Shown: positions 13,283 to 24,488, counted from the first letter of the stretch. The stretch is 64,000 nucleotides of DNA from Cyanophora paradoxa CCMP329 (GCA_004431415.1 QPMI01000651.1:124001-188000), one strand, 5' to 3'. Numbers and translations: made by a program. Notes: generated from the sequence alone by a model not told the origin.

Positions 13283-14452
13283 TTGGTCACGCCCGGGCGG
13301 CTGTCCATGGCCACCAGCAGCGACGGCGCAGCGCCGCAGCCGATCGACATCAGGGCATCGAGTAGCGTCGCAGAGACTCGTTGCGCACGCCCCCTAAGTG
13401 TGGAAGCGCCTCCACGTCCGTCTGACTTGCGTACGCGCACTGCGGCACGTACGTGCGCGACTCGCCGCACAGCGCGCCCTGGCGGCGGCTCCGCGAGATG
13501 CGAGGCGGACTTCTTCTTACTTCTGAGCCCGAGCTCGAGTGCGCGCTGGCTCCCCGCCCCGCCCCCGCCCCGGCCCGCGCCCCCGCCCCGCGCCCCGCGC
13601 CACCGGCTCTCACATAGCTCCTCTTTGAACAGCTGGAGGCGGCGCAGCAAAACAGAACGAGGGCGGGGCGCTCGTGCCCGCCGCGGCTCCGGCTTCAGCC
13701 AGCAGCGCCCCGGCTCCGGCTCCAGCCAGCAGCGCCCTGGTGTGCGCCAGGTCCAGCGGGCAGCTCGTCGTGACAGGTCCCGCGCCCGCGTCGTGCGGCG
13801 TCTTCCAGAACGGCGTCGTGCCGGAGAGCTGCCCCTTCGCCCTGCCGCCCGATCTCGTCAGAATGGCAAGGGGAGCCGCGGACGTGATGAAGATGCACCC
13901 GGAGTACAGGTACTCCAGCGACAACTTGTACAACGTGAAAATCTCCAAGCTCAGCTTGCCTGGCTTCGACTCGGCGAGAAGATGCAGCGCAAGTTAGCTA
14001 TAGGGCACGGCGTCACAATGAAAGGCGCGGTGGAGCTCGAGGCGGCACCTGCTCTTGTGTACCAGCTGCTCACGGAGCTCGAGAGCGAGAGGGCCAACAG
14101 CAAGTACCTGCTGGAAGAAATCAGCGGCCGCGACGCCGCCCTGCAGCTGGAGCAGCTGAAGATCCAGCTTCTGCACGCAGGGCCACGCCCGCCCCTACCC
14201 CTCTTCGCACCCGTACCCCAAACCATGCAGCCGGCTCAGCCCGTCCAGATGATGACGGCTCCGCCCGTTGAGCTCCGAGGAACGAAGCGGGACCGCGTGG
14301 ATGGAGACGTCCGAGGCGGCTCCAAGAGGGGCCGCGGGTGGGGAGGAGGTACCCCTCCAGAACAACCAGGAGAAGAGCTCAAGGACGTCGACGCAGAAGT
14401 ACTAGTCACACGAGAACGACGAGGAGCACGGCTGCGGGGACGCAGCGAATAA
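13283..14452 (+). CDS. Possible (frameshifted) host or TE-derived coding sequence with a coiled-coil segment
   Basis: Protein-like stretches in two frames (13674-13997 and the C-terminal ELESERANSKYLLEEISGRDAALQLEQLK). Function unknown. Confidence 0.3.
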   Translation: MVTPGRLSMATSSDGAAPQPIDIRASSSVAETRCARPLSVEAPPRPSDLRTRTAARTCATRRTARPGGGSARCEADFFLLLSPSSSARWLPAPPPPRPAPPPRAPRHRLSHSSSLNSWRRRSKTERGRGARARRGSGFSQQRPGSGSSQQRPGVRQVQRAARRDRSRARVVRRLPERRRAGELPLRPAARSRQNGKGSRGRDEDAPGVQVLQRQLVQRENLQAQLAWLRLGEKMQRKLAIGHGVTMKGAVELEAAPALVYQLLTELESERANSKYLLEEISGRDAALQLEQLKIQLLHAGPRPPLPLFAPVPQTMQPAQPVQMMTAPPVELRGTKRDRVDGDVRGGSKRGRGWGGGTPPEQPGEELKDVDAEVLVTRERRGARLRGRSE

Positions 14453-14574
14453 GGAGAACGAGCACGACTCGGCGAGGAACTACGTAGTACGTATACAGTC
14501 GAAGACGAAGATCTAATGATTCTTGTAAAGTCCCATTTTTGGGGTTATTGTTAATTCCGAAGTTCCATCACTGG

Positions 14575-15428
14575 TCCCCGAGTCGGACCCCGACTCCCGG
14601 AGTCGGGACTCGGGACCCGGACAGTCCCGGCCCGGCCCACTGGGCCAGGACTCCCAGGAGTCCCGGGCCTCCCGGCCCGGGGCCCGGGGGGTCCCGGCCC
14701 CCGCGGCTGGCCCCCGCGGCCGGGCCGAGTCCCGACTCCCGAGTCCCGACTCCCGACTCCCGAGTCCCGGTTCCCGAGTCCGACGCCGTGACGGTCCCGA
14801 CTCCCGACCGTCGGACTCCCGGAGTCCCGGAGTCCCGAGCCTCGGAGACTCTGAGGCCGAAAACCGGATACGCTTGAGACGGTACTTTCTCAAGTCCCTC
14901 AATGCAAAAGAGCTGGTACTTGTTAACGACCGAAGGGGCCATGACATCATTTTTTTGGCACTTGGTCGCTTCGGTCGTTGGGCCCCTGACGCGGTTGCCA
15001 TAGTAACCGCGTCAAAATTTTGAGCTCATCGCCTTGGTGACTGTTCGTGGAATCGAGCTCGATTCCAAGTCTCCACATTCCATGCTAGGACCCGGCAAAG
15101 ACCCGAACACTCAAGTCCCGAGTTCGGAAAGACACTTGGATTACCACCGAATCGGCCGGTATCCGGTTTTCGGCCTGAGTCGGAGTCCGACTCGGACGGT
15201 CTCAGGTCACTGAGGTCGTTTTCCCCAAATCATATGCATGTCCCGACTCCCGACTCCCGAGTCCCGACTCCCGACTCCGGATCCCGACTCCCGAGTCCCG
15301 ACTCCCGAGTCCCGATCGCGAGACCGTCGGACTCCCGAGTCCCGACTCGGCGAGTCCCGAGACTCCCGACTCCGATGACTGGCCCAGTGGGCGAGTCCCG
15401 ACTCCCGCGGCCGACTCCCGAGTCCCCA
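14575..15428. repeat. Two CCGACTC/CCGAGTC heptamer arrays flanking a core bounded by an 18-bp inverted repeat
   Basis: Arrays at ~14575-14840 and ~15240-15428. AGGCCGAAAACCGGATAC at 14854-14871 and its reverse complement at 15159-15176. Confidence 0.75.
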
Positions 15429-15578
15429 ATGACTCCCCATGCATACTAGGCATATGAAGGCTTCCTTTGGATTTGGATATGTGTGCATATATATTTCTTG
15501 CATATATGCGCAAATATTCTTCGTTTTTTTGTGAATTACCGTACGTACACGTATACCGGCCACCACACTACTAGGCTA

Positions 15579-15876
15579 CCGTAGAACAGGAAAATACTGG
15601 AAAAAATAATTAGTGGAGCCGGAAATTAGTGGACCGAAATCTTGACTCATGCAGTCCACTAATTCCGTGCTCCACTATTTCCCTGCTGCTGAGCTGCCTC
15701 ATATAGTACCCCCCAGAATTCAATGATTACCGGCCTATACAAGCTGAAAAGGGTTTGGTCCACTAATTTCGGGCTCCAGTATTATATTTCGCCTAATTTA
15801 AGGAACGGCCGAGTTTTATGATCCACTAATTTCCGGCCCAGTATCATAGTATACGTATTTTCCTGTATTTATGCGG
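15579..15876. mobile_element. TA-flanked MITE (Tc1/mariner/pogo-like), degenerate right end
   Basis: Starts TA|CCGTAGAACAGGAAAATAC and ends GTATTTTCCTGTATTTATGCGG. Internal AATTAGTGGA/TCCACTAATT repeats. Core similar to 17631-17890. Confidence 0.6.
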
Positions 15877-15916
15877 CCGGGCACCGTCGGCAGTGACTCG
15901 GCAGTGGCAGTGGCAC

Positions 15917-16394
15917 TAGGGCTGTCGTCAGTCAGTCCCCCGGCTGACCCAGTCCGTCAGCCCCCCTGACTGTGACTGAATCAGTCAACCCGAGGTTCAG
16001 TCAGGCTACCGTGCAAAAGCCGGGAAAAATGACCAGGAAATTGGCAGGAATTGACCCAAGCGCGATCTATCTACTTCATTCAAGTTGCCAAGCATCAGGC
16101 CAGGCACGTTATGCGAGCAGAGAGGACGAGAAAAGGAGATTCGGCCCCCGCCAGGCGCACGTCAGACTCCATTAGCCTCTTACCATGCACATGGGCGGTC
16201 TTTTGAAGATTTCGACGACAGAAGATCATTTTTTGGTCGACCCACGTCAGCTTTAGAAGGAAAAAGCCCGCAGGGGGGCACGCTCCCAGCAGGGTGTTGT
16301 ATGGGACTGAGAAAACGTCAGTCAGCCAAAAGCTGACCCAGTGAGGTCAGTCAGACCCTCTGACTGTGACTGTCAGTGACTGACGACAGCCCTT
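15917..16394. mobile_element. Non-autonomous hAT-like element
   Basis: 17-bp TIRs AGGGCTGTCGTCAGTCA / TGACTGACGACAGCCCT. Subterminal CTGAC/GTCAG repeats. Both flanks contain GGCAC, consistent with a degenerate 8-bp TSD CTCGGCAC. Confidence 0.72.
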
Positions 16395-17630
16395 CTCGGC
16401 ACATCCGTGTCGTGTACTACGGACAGTCAACCGTCACGAGCGTACCGGGATTCGCGTACCCCGACCTGGAGAGAAAGTAGGTAGCGGGCTCCTGCCCGCT
16501 GGGCGCCTCTCCGGCTGCCGCGAATCACCTTGGCGGTGCCTCCACCCCTCCTCTAGCCGGTTAGCCGCGCGTCCGTTAGGAATCCGCTCCGTGGGTCGGT
16601 TCGGCGAGCCACTCCAGCGGACACCAGCGGCGGCTTCAGCAGCTGCTCTCTCGTTCAGCCCAAGCACTTCTCTGCGGCAACGATCGGCCGCCCGCGGCTA
16701 TGGGGCCGGCGACCTGTGCTGCGCCCGCGCAGATGATCGTCGGTCGTGTGATTGCGCGCCCGCGTCGCGGCCGTGGGCGTCGCGGCCGCACAGATACTTG
16801 GATTCCTGGCGAGGCGACGTGCTTCTGAGCACTCGGGCGGCCCGGGGCCTCCCAACCCCCGCCGCAGCGGACTCCCCGCGCGCGCGCGTGTGCGCCAGCT
16901 GGAGGCGGTATCTCTCGGCCAAGGAGCACGGGTCGCTGGCTGCGGCTGGCGATGCTGTGCGCCCGCCGGTTTTCACCCGGGCTCTCACGGGCTCCGGTTT
17001 CCGGCCCTCCCTGGGGTTAGATCTCCTTGCTTTCTTAGTACGTTTCCTCCCTACCAAACTGAGGGCTATAGTTCAGGCTCAGCCGCTTCGACCTCATCCT
17101 CGCTTATACATCGGTCCTCTCTGTAGGCGCCCTTGTCCTGAGGGGGGTTATAGTAGCTCAGCTCTGCTTCGGCTCTCTAGGCAGGTGTAGGCAGCGTTTC
17201 TAGGCAGGTATAGGCTCTTTCTCCAGTATAATAGCTCCACCCGGTCCGATGTCCGAAAGGCTTAGTCCCGTAGGCTCATCTCTCGACTTGACACAGATGG
17301 ACACATCAGTTTTATCCTTAGCCATTTGTCTCGGTGTGTGCGAATTCAGACGTTACGGTCACGAGCGTACCGTACCGTCCGTACGTACCGCGTACCGTAA
17401 TTTACGCCGTACCGACGGTACCGTACAGCCTGGGTACAGGCTGTACAGCCTGGCATTTCCGATTATTCTGACTCGGAAGAGTCGGAACTTCCGAACTTCG
17501 GAACTCGGAAGTTCGCGATTCGCCGTGCACGTGCACGCGTGACGCGTGCATGCTCACTAAGTTGCTACTACTAGTCTACTAGCCTAGTAGTACTGCAGTA
17601 GTAACAGTAGTACTATAGTAACTGTAACTA

Positions 17631-17890
17631 CCGTAGAACACATAAATACCGCGCCCACTTAATTACCGCGGTACCAAATTACCGCGCCGAGAATTTGTTA
17701 AAACGCGGTAATTTGGTCCCGCGGTAATTTGCTGCTGAGAAGTCGCCTTATACAGTACCCCCCATAATTACCGCCCTTACAAGCCTCAACTTTTAAAAAC
17801 GCGGTAATTTGGTACCGCGGTATTTTGCTCTATGGCGGGCCGGGTTTTTAAACGCGGTAATTTATGCCGCGGTAATTTAGTGCCCGACGG
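17631..17890. mobile_element. TA-flanked MITE (Tc1/mariner/pogo-like)
   Basis: TA|CCGTAGAACAC...GTGCCCGACGG|TA. Many internal AATTACCGCG / CGCGGTAATT repeats. Confidence 0.72.
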
Positions 17891-18226
17891 TATACTAGTA
17901 CCGGGGTAGTAGCCTAGTAGTACCGTAGTACACCCTCGGCCGGGTCGGCCCTGCCAGCCTGGCAGGCCTGGCACCGTTAGTACTAGTCCGTTACTACGGC
18001 CGGCGCCCGCACAAGTTCGGCACAACCACCCGCACAATTTGCAAGCTTCGGCACAACCACCCGCAGCAATTTGCAATTGCTGCTCAAGCCTGAGCGCTAG
18101 CTTGCCGGTAGCTGACGCTTGCGTTCGTTGTCTTGACGATCATCGGATACTGTAGATCATCGGAACATGGTCATGATCCTCAGGAGGCCCAGGGCATATA
18201 CAGCCTCGTGTCGCGCTGCTGGAAGC

Positions 18227-19183
18227 ATGCGCGTCTCGCACAGGCAGCTTGCGACCCTTGCGCTCGCCTTCGTGGCGGCGTTGCTGGCCTGCAATGCCGC
18301 GCTCGGCGACGCGGCCGCCGTCCCGACATGCGGTTCGTCCTCCGGCCCCGAATCCCCGATCGTTATCGTTGCGATTCAGCAGCGATTGCCGTGATACTGA
18401 CCATTGCATGGCCATGGCCATCACTAATGATCAGGCGCACGCTGGCCCAACTACAATCCCGATGCTGCTGCTTCGGGGGACAGCAATGCGGACTCTTGGG
18501 CTATATATTCGAAGGCCGCCTTCATCCAGGTGAACCACACCGCGGTCCTCTCGAATCCCATGACAATCGGTCAGTTATATATATGCGCGTGCCACTTCTA
18601 TGCATTTGGCTGACGCAAATGCACTTTTTTGCCGCGGATGCACTTTGCAAATATATCATGATCAGAGTTCTGGTGTGCATATGCATGCAATACTATTACA
18701 TATTCTCATATATTACATATTCTCCATCCCATCGCGAGTCCTTATCTGATGTAATTATATAATTAAGGATGAAATCGCCGCGCGCAGGATGAAGATCAAC
18801 TCGGATCCTGATGCCGGCAGTGCCGGTGGAATCGCCGCTGCTGAAGTTCCCATTTTCAGCTTCTCCGTGAAAGAGGGGGACACCGACTCCGATGTTACAC
18901 TTTACTTCAAATATGATGGAAACGTACGGCATTTTCAGCTGTAGGTTTGCGAACGCATTGATTGAACGCGACGTACGGTCTGTGCTCGCAGACGCGGGCT
19001 TATCTTATGCTGCGCTCGAGCCTCGACAATCCTCAGACAAACAATAATGAAGGATTTCTGGTGGACCTGATGGCCAACAGCTCGTCCGCAGAGCGCATCC
19101 CCGTGCGTGCAGCTCTTTACCCAGCTATGGACTAATTTTCGTTGAAGTCTCTTCATTTTCTCAAACGCATGCATGCGCAGGTG
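18227..19183 (+). CDS. Host spliced gene for a signal-peptide protein, interrupted by element A (exons 18227-18332, 18435-18529, 18768-18923, 18992-19102, 19181->)
   Basis: MRVSHRQLATLALAFVAALLACNAALG is signal-peptide-like. Four GT-AG introns with consistent phases (1,0,0,0) join stop-free exons. CTAAT branch-like motif in intron 1. Confidence 0.7.
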
Positions 19184-19476
19184 ACACATAGAGAAACGCG
19201 GCGTTTAAACCCTCGGCTAATCTTAATTGATCTTGTTAATATCTCTCGTATATTTTATATCAATCAATCGATAATCTGTGTGAAATCTATCAAATTATTA
19301 AATATTTTGATTTTTGTGTATTTCATTTATAATTTATTGATGTTCTATGGTAAATTTATCTTAATTTCGATTTGTCTTACTTAAATCAATCGTGAATTTG
19401 TATAAGTTTCCGAATAATATAACTGGATCTTAATTAGATCTTGCCTCCGGTTTAAACGCCGCGTTTCTCTATGTGT
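19184..19476. repeat. Element A terminal cassette bounded by a perfect 28-bp inverted repeat
   Basis: ACACATAGAGAAACGCGGCGTTTAAACC at 19184-19211 and its reverse complement at 19449-19476. Confidence 0.92.
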
Positions 19477-19607
19477 GATTTTAACGCAATAAACGCGATT
19501 AATATGCAAATTCGATATAATCTCGATTGAAGGAACATAATTTTTGTGATATAATCACGAATGAAGTAGTCCACCGCCCATTCTATTGTAAAACGCAAAA
19601 ATTCACA

Positions 19608-19960
19608 CAGAGTTGCATTACGTCCAATTAAACAATCGATGAGATTCCGGGAAACAAAAATGACCCCAGAGTTGCATTACGTCCAATTAAACAATCGATG
19701 AGATTGCGGGAAACAAAAATGACCCCAGAGTTGCATTATGTCCAATTAAACAATCGATGAGATTTCGGGAAACAAAAATGACCCCAGAGTTGCATTACGT
19801 CCAATTAAACAATCGATAAGATTCCTGTTAAATTTCTACTGTATCAAAAATGACCCCAGAGTTGCATTATGTCCAATTAAACAATCGATAAGATTGGATT
19901 CTGTTTTTTACTGTATCAAAATTGTGTTTCAAGTGTAACATGTCCAATTAAACAGTCGAT
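19608..19960. repeat. Tandem repeat, ~59-bp unit, 5 copies plus a partial copy
   Basis: CAGAGTTGCATTAYGTCCAATTAAACAATCGAT starts at 19608, 19667, 19726, 19785 and 19857. Confidence 0.9.
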
Positions 19961-19968
19961 AATCAATG

Positions 19969-20244
19969 TGTAACAGGTGAATCCCAAGGTGTAACGGGTG
20001 TAACAGGTAAATCCCAAAGTTTTGGATTTTTCATCTCCTATGAGGAAAGTTTGGGAAACACCTGTTACACCTGTTACATGACACTATAATCAATGTAAGG
20101 AATCGAATATATTAATGCTTTGTTTGATAGATGTAACAGGTGAATCCCAAGGTGTAACAGGTGTAACAGGTAAATCCCAAAGTTTTGGGTTTTTGGCCTC
20201 CCTAGGAGCGAAGTTTGGGATTTACCTGTTACACCTGTTACACC
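19969..20244. repeat. Two iteron-like palindromic units (TGTAACAGG repeats), putative origin
   Basis: (GGTGTAACA)2-GGTAAATCCCAAA...TTTGGGATTTACC-(TGTTACACC)2 at ~19969-20078 and ~20132-20244. Confidence 0.8.
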
Positions 20245-20500
20245 TGACGATATTCAATAAGACATGTTATATTTCTTCAAAATCTCAGTGTGATTAACTC
20301 GGAAATCGCGCTGCTATCTGCTTCTCCGCTTTCTCCAACCCTGAAAAGATCTCTGTTATTCTCTCATCTATCAATTTAGATATTACGGAGGTCTTACTTT
20401 CAAAAAAATGATGCTCGTGGGCAACCCAAAATGATTTAAGGAAGAAGCGACAGTATAGAGTAAACCGGGTAAAACATTTTCTCAGACGTAATTCAGTGTC

Positions 20501-21118
20501 ATGGCGTATCTCTTCGAAGGTGAGCCGATCTTCTCGGTTCCGATTGCTGAAATGCGATTTGGTGTGAAGGATATTCTTGATCTTGCTGAAACTATTGAGG
20601 TTTTGCATCGAAAGATTGGAACATACTCTTATCCTGGAATGGATCAAATGGTTTGTTTTGGTTATTTTCGGAGAAATTCGGATCGGATTTGTGCGAGAAC
20701 TCGCGATGATCGGTTCTTCTATAATCATGTGAATTATAATGATCATGGTAAGTTTAGCCATCTTAATGAAGTGCGTAATGCTGAACTTGATTTCATCGTT
20801 GTTGTTAATTTTCATGATCTTCTTTTCAACACTACAAAGACTCACGATGACGTAATTAATGCAATTGGGATATGCTATGGACAAGAAGAACATCGTGAAC
20901 GTTACTATTTCCACATTCCAAGAGATCTTCGTGCTTATCATGCTAAGTTTGAAGAGCATGGATGGAAGATTGTGAACCGAGCGACTCTACGTAAATACCT
21001 TAAACAAAATGGCGCTCGTTGGGTTCGCGAAAACAACAGATGGTATACAGAGGATCAGAATGGTGTTGTCGCTGATATCTTCAAACCATATATCCCAATA
21101 GCTAATCGTTTCCAATAG
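20501..21118 (+). CDS. Hypothetical viral protein (205 aa)
   Basis: ATG-initiated ORF with viral composition, converging on the penton gene. Upstream AAAATGATTTAAGGA motif. Confidence 0.65.
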   Translation: MAYLFEGEPIFSVPIAEMRFGVKDILDLAETIEVLHRKIGTYSYPGMDQMVCFGYFRRNSDRICARTRDDRFFYNHVNYNDHGKFSHLNEVRNAELDFIVVVNFHDLLFNTTKTHDDVINAIGICYGQEEHRERYYFHIPRDLRAYHAKFEEHGWKIVNRATLRKYLKQNGARWVRENNRWYTEDQNGVVADIFKPYIPIANRFQ

Positions 21119-22004
21119 CTACAAACTCCAACTGAAACGAATTATCGATACCATTCATATCTACAAGATCACCAAAATAATCACGAAATTCAACTGTTAA
21201 TTCACGAATAACAAGGTTTTTGTCTGTTATTTTTATGTATTCACCATGCTCTCCGCTATGGTAAACATACTTCCCGATGTCCTGACTCAATTGTAATCGC
21301 AAGATCGCGCCTTGATTCTGCGGTTGCGATTTCGGGACTATATTGTGGTTGGATGCAAAAGAAGAGAGTTCTTTGATGTGCATATACAAGTATTGCTCAG
21401 CGTTCATATCCGCCATCTTTGGACTTGTTGCTTTGTGTTGCAACGGCACTGGATCTACACCTTCAAACGTTATTCCCCATTGTGGGTGATCAGGTGTAAT
21501 TGGTCTTCCTGCATAAGATAAGTAATTCTCAGGAGCGAATACAGACCTGTTATCTTCTAAATTGTGTTGCTGGCTTACCAATAATGTTGATCCAAGACCA
21601 AGTAGTTTGGCGATTCTATTGTTTGACGCTGCTATTTCGAATGGAACGCTGCTATAAAATTCTAACTTGTATGTTGTCGGGTTGTAGTATATCTTAAAGA
21701 ATGTATTTTCAAGAACTTCGTAGTTTAAACCGTAATTATATGGTTGAGTAACTCCAAAGTGTCCTTGGTTGATGTAACCACTCGGTAACGGAAATACTTG
21801 CTGGTTAAGGATGAAACCACCAATGTTATAACGAACTATAATATAATCGGTTCCAATCGAATTATAAATGCTGTTGGGAATCTCTGCATACAAGATACGA
21901 CACTGTCGCGGTCTGGTAATTGGTGTGGTTAGTGAGACCTTGTAAGCATTTTCTTTCTGTCCATCTAATCGATCTCTACTATCGACATTGACAAGCCGAA
22001 TCAT
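21102..22004 (-). CDS. Minor capsid (penton-like) protein 1, element A
   Basis: N-terminal VDSRDR...YAEIPNSIYN and C-terminal IRELTVEFRDYFGDLVDMNGIDNSFQLEF. Next to the MCP; orthologue at 45708-46640. Confidence 0.75.
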   Translation of the reverse strand: MIRLVNVDSRDRLDGQKENAYKVSLTTPITRPRQCRILYAEIPNSIYNSIGTDYIIVRYNIGGFILNQQVFPLPSGYINQGHFGVTQPYNYGLNYEVLENTFFKIYYNPTTYKLEFYSSVPFEIAASNNRIAKLLGLGSTLLVSQQHNLEDNRSVFAPENYLSYAGRPITPDHPQWGITFEGVDPVPLQHKATSPKMADMNAEQYLYMHIKELSSFASNHNIVPKSQPQNQGAILRLQLSQDIGKYVYHSGEHGEYIKITDKNLVIRELTVEFRDYFGDLVDMNGIDNSFQLEFVAIGND

Positions 22005-22032
22005 TTTATTATATGGTTATAGATAAAAGAAG

Positions 22033-23036
22033 ATGCCTGTGGAATACGTTGAAGTGTCTTCCTTCAAAACGCTACCTAATCTGGATGCTCCAACATCACG
22101 ATTTGTTGCGGATCTCCCAAAGACGTATGAGAATGTAAGAGCGGTTCGCCTTGTCTCCGCTGAATTCTATAACTCCATCCCACTCATTAGCGGTGAGACA
22201 GAACCTGGTGATGCAACAGTTGAGGATGCTTTATTATCAATTTCAGCCAAAAATCCACATCCACCGGTGCAAATGCTCCTGAGATTCTATATGATAGTTG
22301 GCGTTCTATTCGACCTGGTGCAGGTCTAAAAACCCCAATCAATACTCATCAACAACTCGTTGCCCGAATCAATAACCGTTTTGAGAATCTCTCGCCTCCT
22401 TCTGCAATTCGCTGTGGTTGGGATGTAGCCCAAAAAAAAGTTATCTTTTATGCTCCTGTGGAGTTCTATATATGCTTCTCATATGCAAAAGATCCTTCTG
22501 TTTCTGCAATCGAAAAAGCGCTACGACACGCTCGAATCTTGGGTTTGGATGCTGGACGCTGGGGAAACAAGTTTATTAAATCACAGACCTATGGAACAGA
22601 TACAAGCTCCGTTTTTACAGGTGCAAATGTAAATGGTATTATCTCGACATTCCCAACTGAAACCTGTAAAGATAATGTCTTTTTCGTGAGAGTAAAAGAA
22701 CTGGGTGACCTCGTCCAATGTGCCGATGGTCTCCTTACTGGATACTTCCATAAACTCACGGTTCAAGATAAAGACTTTGCGGAACACGTTGTTTACAATT
22801 CGACGGAAGCAAATCCGCTGTATAAATATTATAATAAGAAACTATCACTATCGCAATTATCGGTAGATGTTGTGAATGCTCAAAATGAATTAATTGATTT
22901 CGAGGGGCAACCTGTGCATCTGACATTCGAGATCCGCTATGGTGATGAACCTGCCGGCGATCCGATTTATGAGTATTTCAAAATGAGAATGAGAGAAACC
23001 CACCCCTTCTATCCAAATATTGCGGGATTCGCGTAA
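22033..23036 (+). pseudogene. Minor capsid (penton-like) protein 2, element A, frameshifted
   Basis: ORFs 22033-22329 and 22458-23036 match the N- and C-terminal halves of the intact 46670-47680. Confidence 0.75.
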
Positions 23037-23090
23037 ATTAAGGATCATTCACAGAATTTTTATATTTTTGTATAGTAAAAGCAAAACAGA

Positions 23091-24488
23091 ATGGATGTTA
23101 CCTCGACCCTTCAACGTCTTTCTCTGAAAGAGGCGCTAACAACGCCCGAGGAAGCCAAAGCGTTCTTCCTCGATAACTCGCTTATGCTTGGTCTCGAATC
23201 GAAGACGAAACCCGTTCTCGTAACTGTTAGTCCATCGACAACCTATGACAACAACGTAGGTCAACGCGTTTCTTTCAAACTTCCCCGCTACAACTTTGTT
23301 GGTAAAATCGAACTCGCTTTCGATCTTCCCGAACTAACCGCTTTCGAAGGCGATACCGACCTGGTGCGCAATGGTTACACCCGCCCCGTAGGTGCGCTTG
23401 TAGAGCGTCTTGAATTCTCGTATGGCTCGTATACCTACCACGTGCCGTCTGATTTCCTGGCGATTTTCCCACTGGTCTACTATTCAGAAGATCAACTGGC
23501 AAAAAAGAAGCGCTCTATGGGAATGCTCCATGGTATTCCCGCTCACGGAACCAACCGTAAAGGTGGCGCTTTCTTCGTTGAGATTCCGGTGCCGTGGTTG
23601 AACCACTACCTACCACTTGGCGCTCTCTCGGGTGAAGCCGTTATCACTGTGTGGTTTAAGGAAGCCAACAAGGGTTACCTTGAAACTTCTTATGGTGGTC
23701 GCTCTCTTCCAGTTGTTACTGATGCTGCCGATAAATCCACCGATGATGGACTGGGAAGCGCTACCAATGTTACACTTGCTAATGTTGGTCAAAACATCAC
23801 CACTGGTGAAATTACTGGGTTCGAAGTTGCTGGAACTGTTCCTCCAATGACCCATTACATCTCCATTAAGTCTCCTCGTCTCTACATGCATGCTATTAAC
23901 GTTTCAGATGAACTATTTGCTACTGTTATTGAGAAGGTTAAGACCACGGGGATGGCTATTCCCGCTCTCGATATCGGTTTCGTCGATGCAATCGGTGTTC
24001 AGGCAAAAGGTAACACTCAACCCAACCGAATCAATCTTAGCCAAATCTCCGGTCTGGTTTATGCTCTTCTTGTCTCTGTTCGCGATGCTGATGGTGTCGA
24101 TACTTCCAATGGTTCTCACAGCGTCCTTAAAACGCTTGCGAATGCGAAGGATATCACGATGACTTGTGAGATCAATGGACAGCGTCTGTATTCCACGGAG
24201 CCAATCCCGCTACTCAAAGGAGCGGAACTCATCGCCGATGCCTTCAAATGCTCAAACATGGACAAGGAAGCAAACCGTTACGTCCTTACCGGTCTTCCAT
24301 TCTGTGTTGATGGTGAGAAGGCGATTCGCAACATTGCCCAATCTGGATATGTTGACCTTACGAACTCGTCGTCATCATTCCTTACTCTGTATCTTCCTGC
24401 TAATCGCACAATTACTGTTAACGTTCGCGCTCTCATGCATTCGTTCATTATTGTCGATAAGGACGGAATTCGCCGCATTAATCTCTAA
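23091..24488 (+). CDS. Major capsid protein (double jelly-roll), element A
   Basis: 465 aa. GQRVSFKLPR, IELAFDLP, VEIPVPW...LPLGAL and GYVDLT...VRALMHSFIIV match NCLDV/PLV MCP patterns. Lies between pentons and ATPase. Confidence 0.85.
   Translation: MDVTSTLQRLSLKEALTTPEEAKAFFLDNSLMLGLESKTKPVLVTVSPSTTYDNNVGQRVSFKLPRYNFVGKIELAFDLPELTAFEGDTDLVRNGYTRPVGALVERLEFSYGSYTYHVPSDFLAIFPLVYYSEDQLAKKKRSMGMLHGIPAHGTNRKGGAFFVEIPVPWLNHYLPLGALSGEAVITVWFKEANKGYLETSYGGRSLPVVTDAADKSTDDGLGSATNVTLANVGQNITTGEITGFEVAGTVPPMTHYISIKSPRLYMHAINVSDELFATVIEKVKTTGMAIPALDIGFVDAIGVQAKGNTQPNRINLSQISGLVYALLVSVRDADGVDTSNGSHSVLKTLANAKDITMTCEINGQRLYSTEPIPLLKGAELIADAFKCSNMDKEANRYVLTGLPFCVDGEKAIRNIAQSGYVDLTNSSSSFLTLYLPANRTITVNVRALMHSFIIVDKDGIRRINL

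Noticed and set aside
1243-13650. Numerous Arg/Ala/Pro-rich overlapping ORFs
   Set aside because: Expected from high GC content and as antisense or alternative frames of the retrotransposon.
14513-15566. ORFs with SRESGLG repeats
   Set aside because: Translations of the 7-bp repeat arrays.
16430-17230. Possible fragment of a second retroelement or gene
   Set aside because: No recognisable motif or boundary.
19142-19384. 80-aa ORF spanning the host-virus junction
   Set aside because: Chance frame across an intron and the terminal cassette.
19608-19960. CRISPR-like array
   Set aside because: Units are near-identical along their length with no unique spacers, and there are no cas genes.
20294-20959. 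221-aa minus-strand ORF
   Set aside because: Antisense shadow of 20501-21118; non-ATG start.
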